From an uncultured Methanoregulaceae archaeon (GTDB taxonomy: Archaea > Halobacteriota > Methanomicrobia > Methanomicrobiales > Methanospirillaceae), in the NCBI GenBank assembly GCA_963717525.1, contig OY970343.1, forward strand, positions 1,472,001 to 1,536,000: 64,000 nt of DNA, given 5' to 3'. Below the pieces are notes generated by a model. The model made no database searches, was not told the origin of the DNA, and saw only the letters and a program-made list of their open reading frames with translations. Each line of letters begins with the position of its first letter. The first letter of the stretch is position 1. Positions 45,614 to 54,784 of this stretch are shown here, piece by piece. A program made the position numbers and the translations under genes.

Positions 45614-46410
45614 TGTGCCCTCCACCGGCTGACCAGTTCCTGCACCGAACGTGCGATCTTTGCGGGACTTGCGCCCCAGTGGACGATCGCCCCGAATTTC
45701 CCCTTCCAGGTACCTAGTCCTTCCCGTTCAGACCGGCAACACCGGGCGATAAACGGTTCTTCTGCGACCTGCTCGAGGGGACAGATGTTTTCGAGCACAA
45801 AATCCGTCCCGTAGCACTCCGTGCAGAACTGTTTTGCCGTAAGACAGCCGGCTACCCGTTCGCCACCCTGCAGGGGATCGGCATCCAGTGTCCGTGTATA
45901 CCCGGCGGCCCGGCAGGGATAGACATCGGCAGGCACCGTTGTTATATCCCGGATATGGTGATCGAATACCACCGAGAGCTCCCCGAAGAGGCCGATCGCC
46001 TCCATCTCTTTCAAAGCCGCCGACAGGGTCGGCCGGGGCGGGAGAACATCGTAGACATGTACGGTGAGGAATCCCGAAAGATCGGGATCGAGCACAAACG
46101 TCATGTTCTCCTCAAGACCCGTGAAAACAGTACACCGGCACCCACTTTCTATCGCGAGACGCACCAGCCGGGCCCGGTCGTTGAGCTGCACTTTCTCCGG
46201 GTAATGACAGGCTTCCTCTGGTGTCGCCAGTATCCTCGACGAAATGATCTCCCGCATGACGTGATTTTTTGCCGGATCAAGGGAAACTTCGAGAAGTTCG
46301 CACCCCCGGTCTGTCTCCTTCAGGAGATACCGGCTCAGGGTATAGACCCGGTCGCCGCAGGGTCTGGCGGAGGCGACCCCGACAACCTTGCAGTGTTCAG
46401 GAAAGATCAC
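45610..46410 (-). CDS. Conserved hypothetical Cys-rich protein inside the aks operon
   Basis: GTGA/ATGA overlaps with both neighbours; YPC, GC, ICP, RCC and VHWG motifs. Confidence 0.8.
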   Translation of the reverse strand: MIFPEHCKVVGVASARPCGDRVYTLSRYLLKETDRGCELLEVSLDPAKNHVMREIISSRILATPEEACHYPEKVQLNDRARLVRLAIESGCRCTVFTGLEENMTFVLDPDLSGFLTVHVYDVLPPRPTLSAALKEMEAIGLFGELSVVFDHHIRDITTVPADVYPCRAAGYTRTLDADPLQGGERVAGCLTAKQFCTECYGTDFVLENICPLEQVAEEPFIARCCRSEREGLGTWKGKFGAIVHWGASPAKIARSVQELVSRWRAQ

Positions 46411-46877
46411 CGGTGAGCCCTCCAGTACTCGACAAGGCCGCCGGCGTAAAGGATCTCCTGCATACGGGGAGACAATGGGTGGATTGTATGCCGTTTCCCA
46501 CCAGTGTCTACCCAGCCACCCGACAGGTCGAATATAACCGGGCTTCCTTCTTCGCAGGCCAAGTCCGACTCGATGAGGGGGAGCCCGATATTGATCGCAT
46601 TCCGGAAGAAAATCCGTGCAAAAGACGGGGCGATGACAGCGACAACCCCGGCTTCCCGGAGGGCTAGGGCAGCCTGCTCCCTCGAAGAGCCGCACCCGAA
46701 ATTTTTACCGGCGACAATCACGGCCCCTTTGAGCCGGGGGGCAAGCGCGGGGTCGAGATCCTCCAATACGTGGGTTGTCCAGATGCTCCGGTCCTTGGTC
46801 CGCAGGTACCGGCCGGCGATGATGAGATCGGTATCAATATCCGCCGGGAGACACACGGCGGTTCCTCTGCCCTGCAT
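46407..46877 (-). CDS. aksE: Homoaconitase small subunit (LeuD/HacB family)
   Basis: DIDTD, GRYLRT loop, NFGCGSSREQA, FARIFFRNAIN. Confidence 0.85.
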   Translation of the reverse strand: MQGRGTAVCLPADIDTDLIIAGRYLRTKDRSIWTTHVLEDLDPALAPRLKGAVIVAGKNFGCGSSREQAALALREAGVVAVIAPSFARIFFRNAINIGLPLIESDLACEEGSPVIFDLSGGWVDTGGKRHTIHPLSPRMQEILYAGGLVEYWRAHR

Positions 46878-48088
46878 TATCCTGCCTCCGGCGAAGCGAT
46901 CTCCCCTTCAAGGGCGCTTGCTGCAGCTGTAGCGACAGAGCCAAGATAGATCTCCCCGCCGACACCCATACGGTTCCTGAAATTCCGGTTGGCAGTCGAG
47001 AGGCAGACCTCGCCTTCCCCGAGCACACCCATATGGTACCCGAGGCAGGGGCCGCACCCGGGCGTCCCGATGCTGCACCCGCCTCCAACGATATCGGCGA
47101 GCACCCCCGTGCGGATCGCCTTTTCGAGAACCAAGGCAGACGCCGGGACGACGATGGTCCGTACGGCCACCTTCCTGCCCCTGACCATCCGGGCGAACCG
47201 GGCGAGATCAGAATACCTGCCGTTCGTGCAGGTACCAACAAAGACCTGGTCAAGCGGCAGGCCTGCAAGGGTATCCACGGGCTTGACCGTGTCCACCCGG
47301 TGGGGGATAGCAACCAGCGGCACGATGTCGGCAAGATCCAGATCGAGTTCCTGACGGTACGAACACGGTGAGGCCTCCTGAGAGGAGACCTCATGCCCGT
47401 GCTCCTTCAGGTATCTGACGGTCACATCATCTGCATAAAAGAGCCCGGCCTTTGCCCCGGCTTCGACGGAAAGATTCGAGAGGACGAGGCGTTCGTCCAT
47501 GGAGAGGTGGCGCACTCCGTCCCCCACAAACTCGAGTGCCTGGTAGGTCGCCCCGTCCATGCCGAGTTTAGCCACGTAGGCAAGCGCGAGGTCCTTTGCT
47601 TCCGCCGCCCCCGTAAACCTCCCGGCCAGGTGGATACCCAACGATTCGGGGACACGGAACCAGGTCTCCCCGGTCAGCCAGATCGCTGCCATATCGGTTG
47701 CACCCACACCGGTAGCAAACGCCCCGAACGCCCCCAGCGTGACGCTGTGCGAGTCTGCCCCGACTACTATCTCACCGGGCAGGACTACCCCCTCCCCCAT
47801 CAGCTGGTGGCAGATCCCGCAACCGACATCGGAGAACTGCATGAAGGAGCTTCTCGCAAAATCCCTCAGCTCGTGCTGGAGGGTTGCCGTTGTGCCGTTG
47901 TTGGCCGGGGCGATATGATCAAACTGGATATAATACCCGGTCTCTTCTCCCAGCCGGTCTCCTCCCATCTCTTTCCAGGCTTCCAGAGCAAGGACGCCGG
48001 TCCCATCGTGGGCATATGCCCTGTCAACCTTCCGGTCGACGTATTCCCCTGCGGTTGCGCCAAGGATACGTTCGGAGAGCGTGCTCAT
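46877..48088 (-). CDS. aksD: Homoaconitase large subunit (LeuC/HacA family)
   Basis: GICHQ, GADSH, GTCTNG, GCGPCLG, STANRNF. Confidence 0.85.
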   Translation of the reverse strand: MSTLSERILGATAGEYVDRKVDRAYAHDGTGVLALEAWKEMGGDRLGEETGYYIQFDHIAPANNGTTATLQHELRDFARSSFMQFSDVGCGICHQLMGEGVVLPGEIVVGADSHSVTLGAFGAFATGVGATDMAAIWLTGETWFRVPESLGIHLAGRFTGAAEAKDLALAYVAKLGMDGATYQALEFVGDGVRHLSMDERLVLSNLSVEAGAKAGLFYADDVTVRYLKEHGHEVSSQEASPCSYRQELDLDLADIVPLVAIPHRVDTVKPVDTLAGLPLDQVFVGTCTNGRYSDLARFARMVRGRKVAVRTIVVPASALVLEKAIRTGVLADIVGGGCSIGTPGCGPCLGYHMGVLGEGEVCLSTANRNFRNRMGVGGEIYLGSVATAAASALEGEIASPEAG

Positions 48089-49216
48089 GCCGGGGTCTCC
48101 CGTTGCGCCCGCCGGATCAGTTTCCGGAGTATCTCGGGGGTGATGCTGCATTTCTGTTCGGAATGTTCCTTGACAAGGTCGAGGACGCGGCAGATCTGGG
48201 CCCCGGAGAGATCCTCGCCCAGTGACGCGATTACGTGCTCAAGCGCCTTTCTCCCGGTGTGCTTCCCAAGGATGAAGTGACGCTCACTGCCCACCAGGTC
48301 CGGGGGGAAGTACCTGGTACGTGGCAGGGTCTTCGAGGATTGCGGCGATGTGGATGCCACTCTCGTGCGAAAAGGCGAGTTCCCCTGTGACCGGCTTGTT
48401 CTTCGGGAGCGCTATACCTGAATACTTTTCCACCTTCCGGGAGAGGGCGAAGAGGTGCGAGAGGTCATACCGGTCGATGCCGCCCTTGGTTCGCAGGATG
48501 ACCAGTACCTCTTCAAGCGAGGCATTACCCGAACGTTCGCCAATACCGTTAACGGTCGTGTGCAGCTGGAAGGCCCCGGCCTGTGCCGCTGTGATCGTGT
48601 TTGCGACAGCGCAGCCCATATCGTTGTGGCAGTGGGCGCAGAACGGCCGGTCGACAGAAGAGACAAGATCGGTCATGATCGTGCGCATCTCGTCCGGGAT
48701 CAGGCATCCCACCGTATCGGCAAAACTGAGCAGAACAGCCCCGTGGTCGGCTGCCCTCCGGTATACTTCCTTGAGAAACACAAGGTCTGTCCGTGACGCG
48801 TCCTCTGCTGCAAACCGCACGGCAACCCCGTGGTCCCGGGCAAAATCAATCATCACAAGGGCATCCTCGAGCACCTTCTCCCGGGGTTTCTTGAACTTGA
48901 CCCGGACGTGGAGATCTGAGGTCGGGATAAAGATGGAGACCATGTCGACATCGCAGTCGATTGCTGTGGTGATATCCTCTTTTTTTGCCCGGGCAAAACC
49001 GCATATCCGGGCATCAAGCCCAAGGTTTGCGATGGTTTTTACACACTGTTTCTCGTTTTCAGAGACTGCCGGGAACCCGGCCTCGATTACTTCGACGCCG
49101 ACACAATCCAGTGTCCGGGCGATATCCACCTTCTCTTCGCAGGAGAATGACACGCCGGGTGTCTGTTCCCCGTCTCTCAGCGTTACATCACAGATCTCAA
49201 TATTCCACGGTTTCAT
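48085..49216 (-). CDS. aksA: Homocitrate synthase family (frameshift near 48315)
   Basis: DVTLRDGEQ, HCHND, GIGERSGN, HESGIH, ILGKHTG; no LeuA regulatory domain. Confidence 0.85.
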
Positions 49217-50468
49217 GGTGTGCTCCCTTGGGGCATTCCGCCTCCACGACAATGGTCTTCGGTGCATCCGGGATATGGATCACCTCGTGGAGGCGGCGTT
49301 CATCATTCGCATGACAGAGGACCGGGTCGGCCCAGCGGATGTAAGGGACCGGATCGCTCACCTTCTGACCACCGGTCATCGCGGCGCAGTGATTCTTCAT
49401 CACGATGCACAGGAGCGGGAGTCCCTTCTCATACACATCGATAAGGGCATTCAGGCCCGAGTGGAGCAGTGCGTAGTCGCCGATCAACGCCACGTGTGTG
49501 CTTCGTGCAGCGACCGCGATACTTGACCCCATACCATAGCTGGCAACACCCAGTCCATAGGGGGGTTTCAGCCCGAATACCGAGCAACCCGCGTCGCAGA
49601 TCAGGTGCATGTCCCGTCCTTTGAGGATATCCAGCAGGGGCCGGTACGGGCAGTCTAAACAGAACGTCCGGCCAAATCCCCGGTCTTTTTGTGATTCCGG
49701 CCGCCCCTGCGGTCCCGGTGGCAGGATAGCCCGGTGATCCCGGACAAAGGACCGGCCGTACTCCTTCACCTCATGGAACGGTGCAGCACGGGCCGGTACC
49801 GGGTTCACGGTCACGACCCGGGAGTCCCCCGGCGCCGGACCGGCGCCCAGGGTATCCCCCTTCCACCGGTTCAGGGGCGATGCGTCCGACCATGCAAACA
49901 TCGTCCTAGAGATCTCTGCAGCAGCAGTGACCCTGCCATGCATGGTCCAGCTCCGGTCGGCGAGTCTTCCCATACCCTCATTCCGGAGAGCCGGGATTAC
50001 CGTGACCTCAGCGTCCAGCAGCTGCGGCGTGAGCCGGAGCATAGCAACCCGGGAGAAGGTCTCCGATGCAGTCAGCGCTGCTTCAACCCCGGCAAAACAT
50101 GTGGTCTCGTCAGGTTCGATCACGGGAATCTCCGCCAGTTCCCCGTAATACCGGGAGTCCTGTGCCGTCTGGGAGCCTTTAGATTCGGGATCGTCACCGA
50201 CGACAAGAAGTACTCCACCCCGGATACCCTGCACCGTGGCCTGGACAAGCGGGTCGGCGCAGGCGTTCACGCCAACGTTTTTTATAATGACGGCAGCTCG
50301 TCTGCCGGCGAGAGAATCGCCCAGTGCATATTCGAGGGCGGTCTTTTCGTTTATGACAAACTCTGCCCGGGTTAATGTGCCAAGTTCCGTCACCGGGAAA
50401 CCCGGGACGGTATACTGCCGGTCCGTTCCGGCAGAGATCGCTGCAGCCAGCGCCCCGACTCCCTTCAT
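49197..50468 (-). CDS. Compact ThDP-dependent enzyme, IorA-like, with no beta subunit nearby
   Basis: PGFPVTE, NEKTALE, KNVGVN, SQTAQD, FCxxCPY, DAGC, and GDYALLHSG...N ThDP motif. Confidence 0.82.
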   Translation of the reverse strand: MKGVGALAAAISAGTDRQYTVPGFPVTELGTLTRAEFVINEKTALEYALGDSLAGRRAAVIIKNVGVNACADPLVQATVQGIRGGVLLVVGDDPESKGSQTAQDSRYYGELAEIPVIEPDETTCFAGVEAALTASETFSRVAMLRLTPQLLDAEVTVIPALRNEGMGRLADRSWTMHGRVTAAAEISRTMFAWSDASPLNRWKGDTLGAGPAPGDSRVVTVNPVPARAAPFHEVKEYGRSFVRDHRAILPPGPQGRPESQKDRGFGRTFCLDCPYRPLLDILKGRDMHLICDAGCSVFGLKPPYGLGVASYGMGSSIAVAARSTHVALIGDYALLHSGLNALIDVYEKGLPLLCIVMKNHCAAMTGGQKVSDPVPYIRWADPVLCHANDERRLHEVIHIPDAPKTIVVEAECPKGAHHETVEY

Positions 50469-51433
50469 TCATCCCTCCCGGGCACAAGATCGCAGCCTGC
50501 ACAGGTCGTGCACATGGTAAGAGCACCGGCGGTATCCAGTCCGGCACGGGCAAGGGCCTGGCGGTGTATGGCAAAGAGTTTCCTGAGCCTCCCGGCAGAT
50601 GGCCGGGGTCTCCCGGCACATCCCGCCACCGGGTTGAGCGGCCGGAGCACCGGGATCACCCCACGCGACGTGAGCCGGTTGATGCAGGCCTCCATCTCTG
50701 CATCAGTCTCTCCAAGCCCTACGATAACATTGGAAAATACCCGGCCCTTACCGAAGAGTTCCACGGACCGGTCGAGAACCCGCCACAGGCAGTCGTAGTC
50801 AAGACCCGGGCACATCTCTGCAAAGAGCTCCGGGGTGGCCGCCTCGATATTGAATTTAACCTCTGTCACACCGAGGGCATGGAGCTTATCCGGGGTCTGG
50901 TCGGTCGGGTAGATTGACACACCAATGGGCAGGCCAAAGAACTTCAGGTGACCGATGACCTCACAGACATAGGACTCCTCCTCCCCGATGCTCTCCAGGA
51001 CACCGCTCGTGAGCGATATAGCGCCGACCCGGTGCCGGACCGATTCGACGAGATCCATGATCTCCTTTACGGTTTTACGTTTACCGGCAAGCCGGGGGAC
51101 AGAGCAGTAGCGGCAGGAGAAGATGCAGCCCTCCGTAACGGTAATAAAAGCCTGGTCCGGGCAGTGAAGCCCCGGCTGGAGGAGCCGGCCCGAAATCTGC
51201 CGGTCCTCAAAAAAGAGATCGGCAACCCCGCCCCCCCGGTGGGCGATCTCAACAGGGGACGCCGGGTTGATCGCAAGCTTGACCCGGTGGCTGCCCATGG
51301 CAAAAAAGACCGAGCCTTTTCCACCAGCGCCCGGGCCTGCCGTGGATTTTGCAAGGTAATCCTCTGCTGGTTCGCCGCTGAGCCGGGCAGAGCCGGCCTC
51401 GAGCAGCCGGGCCTTCAGTTCTTCCCACTGCAT
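50465..51433 (-). CDS. Radical SAM protein, biotin-synthase-related
   Basis: CIFSCRYC; NIE, VIVGLGET; C-terminal CTTCAGCD. Confidence 0.88.
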   Translation of the reverse strand: MQWEELKARLLEAGSARLSGEPAEDYLAKSTAGPGAGGKGSVFFAMGSHRVKLAINPASPVEIAHRGGGVADLFFEDRQISGRLLQPGLHCPDQAFITVTEGCIFSCRYCSVPRLAGKRKTVKEIMDLVESVRHRVGAISLTSGVLESIGEEESYVCEVIGHLKFFGLPIGVSIYPTDQTPDKLHALGVTEVKFNIEAATPELFAEMCPGLDYDCLWRVLDRSVELFGKGRVFSNVIVGLGETDAEMEACINRLTSRGVIPVLRPLNPVAGCAGRPRPSAGRLRKLFAIHRQALARAGLDTAGALTMCTTCAGCDLVPGRDE

Positions 51434-52311
51434 AGTTCCAGCGCCTCCTCGTACCGGATGAAGAACGGCAGGGCAGCCACCGCCCCGGTGATCCCCCGCC
51501 CGTTCATCACAATGCGGAGATGGGGATCTTTGAGAGTCTGCACACGATCCGGAGTCACTTCCCCGCGTTTTACGTCCTTTGCGTAATCCATGAGCTCGTC
51601 TGACAAGGAAAAACCGGTATAGACAGCCATGCCGGTCTTCTCTGAAAGGGTATATTTTTTGAGCAACTCGCAAAACCGCCTAACAAGTTGTTCCGGTACT
51701 GTCGTGGCAAATTCAGCGACAAGACTCACGCAGTTCTTGGTCCGGTACGCCACCGGGAAGAGCTGGACAATCGTATGCGAGAGATAGACAGATTGTTCAT
51801 CCTCAACCGCCCTTGCGATATTGTGGACAAGTGTCCACGTCGCTCCCTCTTCTGCCGTGTCGGTATCATCCACCCCAATCAGAATCCGCTGCCGCCGGGG
51901 CAGCCAGAGCGTGGCACCTGCCACTTTCCCCCCGCCGGAAGGATCACACTGTTCCCGCAGCACACCCCGTGCGGCAGCACGGCAGGAGGTTGCACCCACG
52001 CCACCGCCACCCATACCGATGTAGGTCACCGCAATCTCATTCCTGCTTACCGAGACCCCGGAGATTCCTGCGGGGAACCGGGATCCTTCGAGCGCAAGAT
52101 CGACGGCACCGGGACGGAGCAGGTACCGGGATGTCGATCCCACGCACCTGACACTCTTCACCAGAGGGCTCTGTGCATAATGATGCTGGGTCCACATTGC
52201 GCCCCCGATACAATCGAAGAATTCGATCAGCTCGACCTGGCTCGCGGTCTCATCCGCCACCGCAACGATCCGGGGATACCGGATCACGTACGGATCAGAG
52301 ATGCTCGCCAT
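51415..52311 (-). CDS. Methanogenesis marker protein 11-like (TiaS-related DDTD domain), copy A
   Basis: GMGGGGVGA, IGVDDTDT..GATW, RTKNC, GRGITGAVAA. Confidence 0.75.
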   Translation of the reverse strand: MASISDPYVIRYPRIVAVADETASQVELIEFFDCIGGAMWTQHHYAQSPLVKSVRCVGSTSRYLLRPGAVDLALEGSRFPAGISGVSVSRNEIAVTYIGMGGGGVGATSCRAAARGVLREQCDPSGGGKVAGATLWLPRRQRILIGVDDTDTAEEGATWTLVHNIARAVEDEQSVYLSHTIVQLFPVAYRTKNCVSLVAEFATTVPEQLVRRFCELLKKYTLSEKTGMAVYTGFSLSDELMDYAKDVKRGEVTPDRVQTLKDPHLRIVMNGRGITGAVAALPFFIRYEEALELCSGKN

Positions 52312-53251
52312 ACAGCCCCGCCGCCTCGATTCCCCGGTCTGCCCACAGCACTGCACCGAGCGCTCCGATCCGCCCTTTCCTCCCATTATGGTCGAGATAC
52401 TCGATGCCGAGCCGCTCTGCCTCTTCCTGTGCATTTTCAACGGTAAGGATCTCCGTCTTGATGGCTTTCATGAACGGGGACTCCTGCCCGGTCCCGATAC
52501 CCCGCGAGAATGCGATGCCGGTATCCTTCGAGAAGGTATGATCTTCCACGAACGTGCAGACGAACTCACGAAGTGCACTGATGCTTTCTGGCCGGGCGGC
52601 AAAGGTGAGGGCGGAACCGACACAGTTTGTCGTTTTGCTGGGGACCGCCGGGTTGAGCTGGACAAGCCGCATGGTGAGGAACTCAACGCCTTCGATATGG
52701 CAGGCCTCCGCACATTTTAAGGCCATCACCCATGTGGCACCCTCCTGCCTTGTATCCGTATCATCGATCCCAAACGAGATCTTCTCGTACCTGGGGGATA
52801 CGATCCGGACGTGGTTGGTCCGTGCACCCCCTACCTTAAGGTCTTCTTCTGCCGGGTATTCCGCCCGGATAACCCCCGGCGCCTGAGGGAGGCATGCAGC
52901 AATACCAACACCAGCGCCAGCGATACCTGCCCATGTGGTGATCACCTCATCACCCTTCACTTCCACCGCTTCCAGTGCCTGGCCGCCGATAGTCCCCGCG
53001 GCTGCCCCGAAATTGACCGGGTGGTGGCCGAGGCGTGCCTGCATGGTCATCGAGATCCCTTCCACGGCACACGCTGCCACTGCACCACCGGCGCGGGACC
53101 GGTTCATGGCATCCCACTCAATCGTTCCCCGGGCGTGACACTGCTCAAGGATCTCGGCACGCCCTGCCCTCTCGTCAACCATCACCAGAAATTTCTTTGA
53201 GAAGAGCGGGCCGAACCGCTGCTTCACGCCATCGGGTGTAAGTATGATCAT
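52295..53251 (-). CDS. Methanogenesis marker protein 11-like paralogue, copy B
   Basis: GIAGAGVG, FGIDDTDT..GATW, QLNP...KTTNC, GRIGALGA. Confidence 0.75.
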   Translation of the reverse strand: MIILTPDGVKQRFGPLFSKKFLVMVDERAGRAEILEQCHARGTIEWDAMNRSRAGGAVAACAVEGISMTMQARLGHHPVNFGAAAGTIGGQALEAVEVKGDEVITTWAGIAGAGVGIAACLPQAPGVIRAEYPAEEDLKVGGARTNHVRIVSPRYEKISFGIDDTDTRQEGATWVMALKCAEACHIEGVEFLTMRLVQLNPAVPSKTTNCVGSALTFAARPESISALREFVCTFVEDHTFSKDTGIAFSRGIGTGQESPFMKAIKTEILTVENAQEEAERLGIEYLDHNGRKGRIGALGAVLWADRGIEAAGLYGEHL

Positions 53252-53341
53252 GTTATCGCCGAAATTTTCGTTAACAAAGTATTCGGCAATAACAATATAT
53301 ATAGAATTCCATGACTGAGAAAATTTTTGCAGAAAAAGAGA

Positions 53342-54226
53342 TTAAAGGACCTTTGCCAGTTCAATCTTGAACGGGCCAAGACTGCCGCCAAAATTACCTG
53401 CCGAGATAAACTTCACGCCCGGCACCTTGACAGCGGCCCTGATACCTGCCCCCATCGCAGCGGCAACGCTCTTCTCATCAACGCCATCGATAACGATCTC
53501 GTAGACTGCCTTGACGCCTGCCGGAACCTTGCTGTCGGGAACTTTTTCGCGGAGCGTGGGGCAGTACTTCTCGTTGGTGGAGGCGGTCATGAATTTGTAC
53601 TTCAGGCTGCCGACCTTGGAACCGCTTGCGACAATCCCGCCGGGGAAACTTGTGATAACTCCTTTCACATCGGCAATCGCGTCTGATGCTGCCTGGGCCG
53701 CCACGAGAGCTGCCATCTGGTTCTCGCCCATGATAAAGAAGTTGCCGCCGGCAACACCCTTCACGATGCCGAATTCCTCTTCCCCGACATACTCACCGTT
53801 CATGATCGGGATCGCCCAGCACTTCCTGCCGCCTACCTCTTTCTGGTACTCGTACCCGTCACCGAAGAAATGCAGTTTTACCGGGATCTTCTCCTCGGCA
53901 TCGGTGATGCCGTTGAAAACCGCTGTCGTAGGTGCCGTCAGCACGCACTCGGCGAGGCGTTCCACGACCTGCTCCTTGAGTTTCTTCTTGCTGGCGCAGA
54001 TGAGGATTGCAACGCCCGGCCTGCCGTCAGGTGTCTCGCTGCCGGGAAGAACACACTCGATGCCCGCTTCACAGGGGCAGCCGATCGCAGAGGTTGCAAA
54101 CCCGGTTGCCTCGGTTGCTGACTTGAGTGCCCAGTCTTTTGTCACTGCGGTGATGATCACCCGGCAGACCCAGGTTGGGAATGCCTCCGCATAGGTGTTG
54201 TCAATTGTTACGCCGTTGACTTCCAT
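53342..54226 (-). CDS. ftr: Formylmethanofuran:H4MPT formyltransferase
   Basis: [38 protein letters not shown]. Confidence 0.96.
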   Translation of the reverse strand: MEVNGVTIDNTYAEAFPTWVCRVIITAVTKDWALKSATEATGFATSAIGCPCEAGIECVLPGSETPDGRPGVAILICASKKKLKEQVVERLAECVLTAPTTAVFNGITDAEEKIPVKLHFFGDGYEYQKEVGGRKCWAIPIMNGEYVGEEEFGIVKGVAGGNFFIMGENQMAALVAAQAASDAIADVKGVITSFPGGIVASGSKVGSLKYKFMTASTNEKYCPTLREKVPDSKVPAGVKAVYEIVIDGVDEKSVAAAMGAGIRAAVKVPGVKFISAGNFGGSLGPFKIELAKVL

Positions 54227-54494
54227 ACTAACATAACCTCAGGTATACCAACAGTACCATTATTATTACTGAATAAATTTTCTCATTTGATCGCATATTC
54301 TGAGAGCGCACCAGAATATCGTCAAAAAGTATAACACATATGATTGACATGCCCCGGGAGCATATAAACAAAAATTAAAAAAAATTAATAAAATGGCCGG
54401 GTTACATCGATATATTTCAGAACATTTATCTACATACTTTTACCACTCTTTTGATAATCGATTCTGAAATCGATCATAGCTGGTGCGTGAACCC

Positions 54495-54761
54495 ATGGCA
54501 TTTGCAGTGCAGATCAATCCCGTCCATTGCACCGGCTGTAGCAATTGTGTTGTTGCATGTCTTGTGGACGCGCTGGAACTTCACACGGTAGTTCCGGAGT
54601 CAACCGAAAATATCTGCACAGCCCGGGATACTGAACCGAAGGTCACGGGCTTCAAAGATGAGCTCCCTGCCGGGGGCAGTGTATGCGTCCAGATGTGTCC
54701 GCATGATAGTATCAGGCTGACAGGGCCCTGGGAAACCAGAGCAGAGGCAAAGGTGCAATAG
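54495..54761 (+). CDS. FwdG-like ferredoxin with a degenerate second cluster motif
   Basis: CTGCSNCVVAC intact; second site reads PAGGSVCVQMCP. Confidence 0.7.
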   Translation: MAFAVQINPVHCTGCSNCVVACLVDALELHTVVPESTENICTARDTEPKVTGFKDELPAGGSVCVQMCPHDSIRLTGPWETRAEAKVQ

Positions 54762-54784
54762 AGGAACAGCGTGAGGGTTATTTC

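Noticed and set aside
44644..49216. Leucine operon (leuACDB) or nitrogenase nifV
   Set aside because: The synthase lacks the LeuA regulatory domain, the small subunit has the YLRT loop, there are no nif genes and the context is methanogenesis; not fully excluded without a tree
48321..49526. Long antisense ORFs (also 53511..54194, 58971..59864, 61212..62381)
   Set aside because: Shadow frames of well-supported genes in GC-rich coding DNA
51415..53251. Functional link between the TiaS-like pair and the agmatine deiminase fusion
   Set aside because: About 10 kb apart on opposite strands with unrelated genes between them
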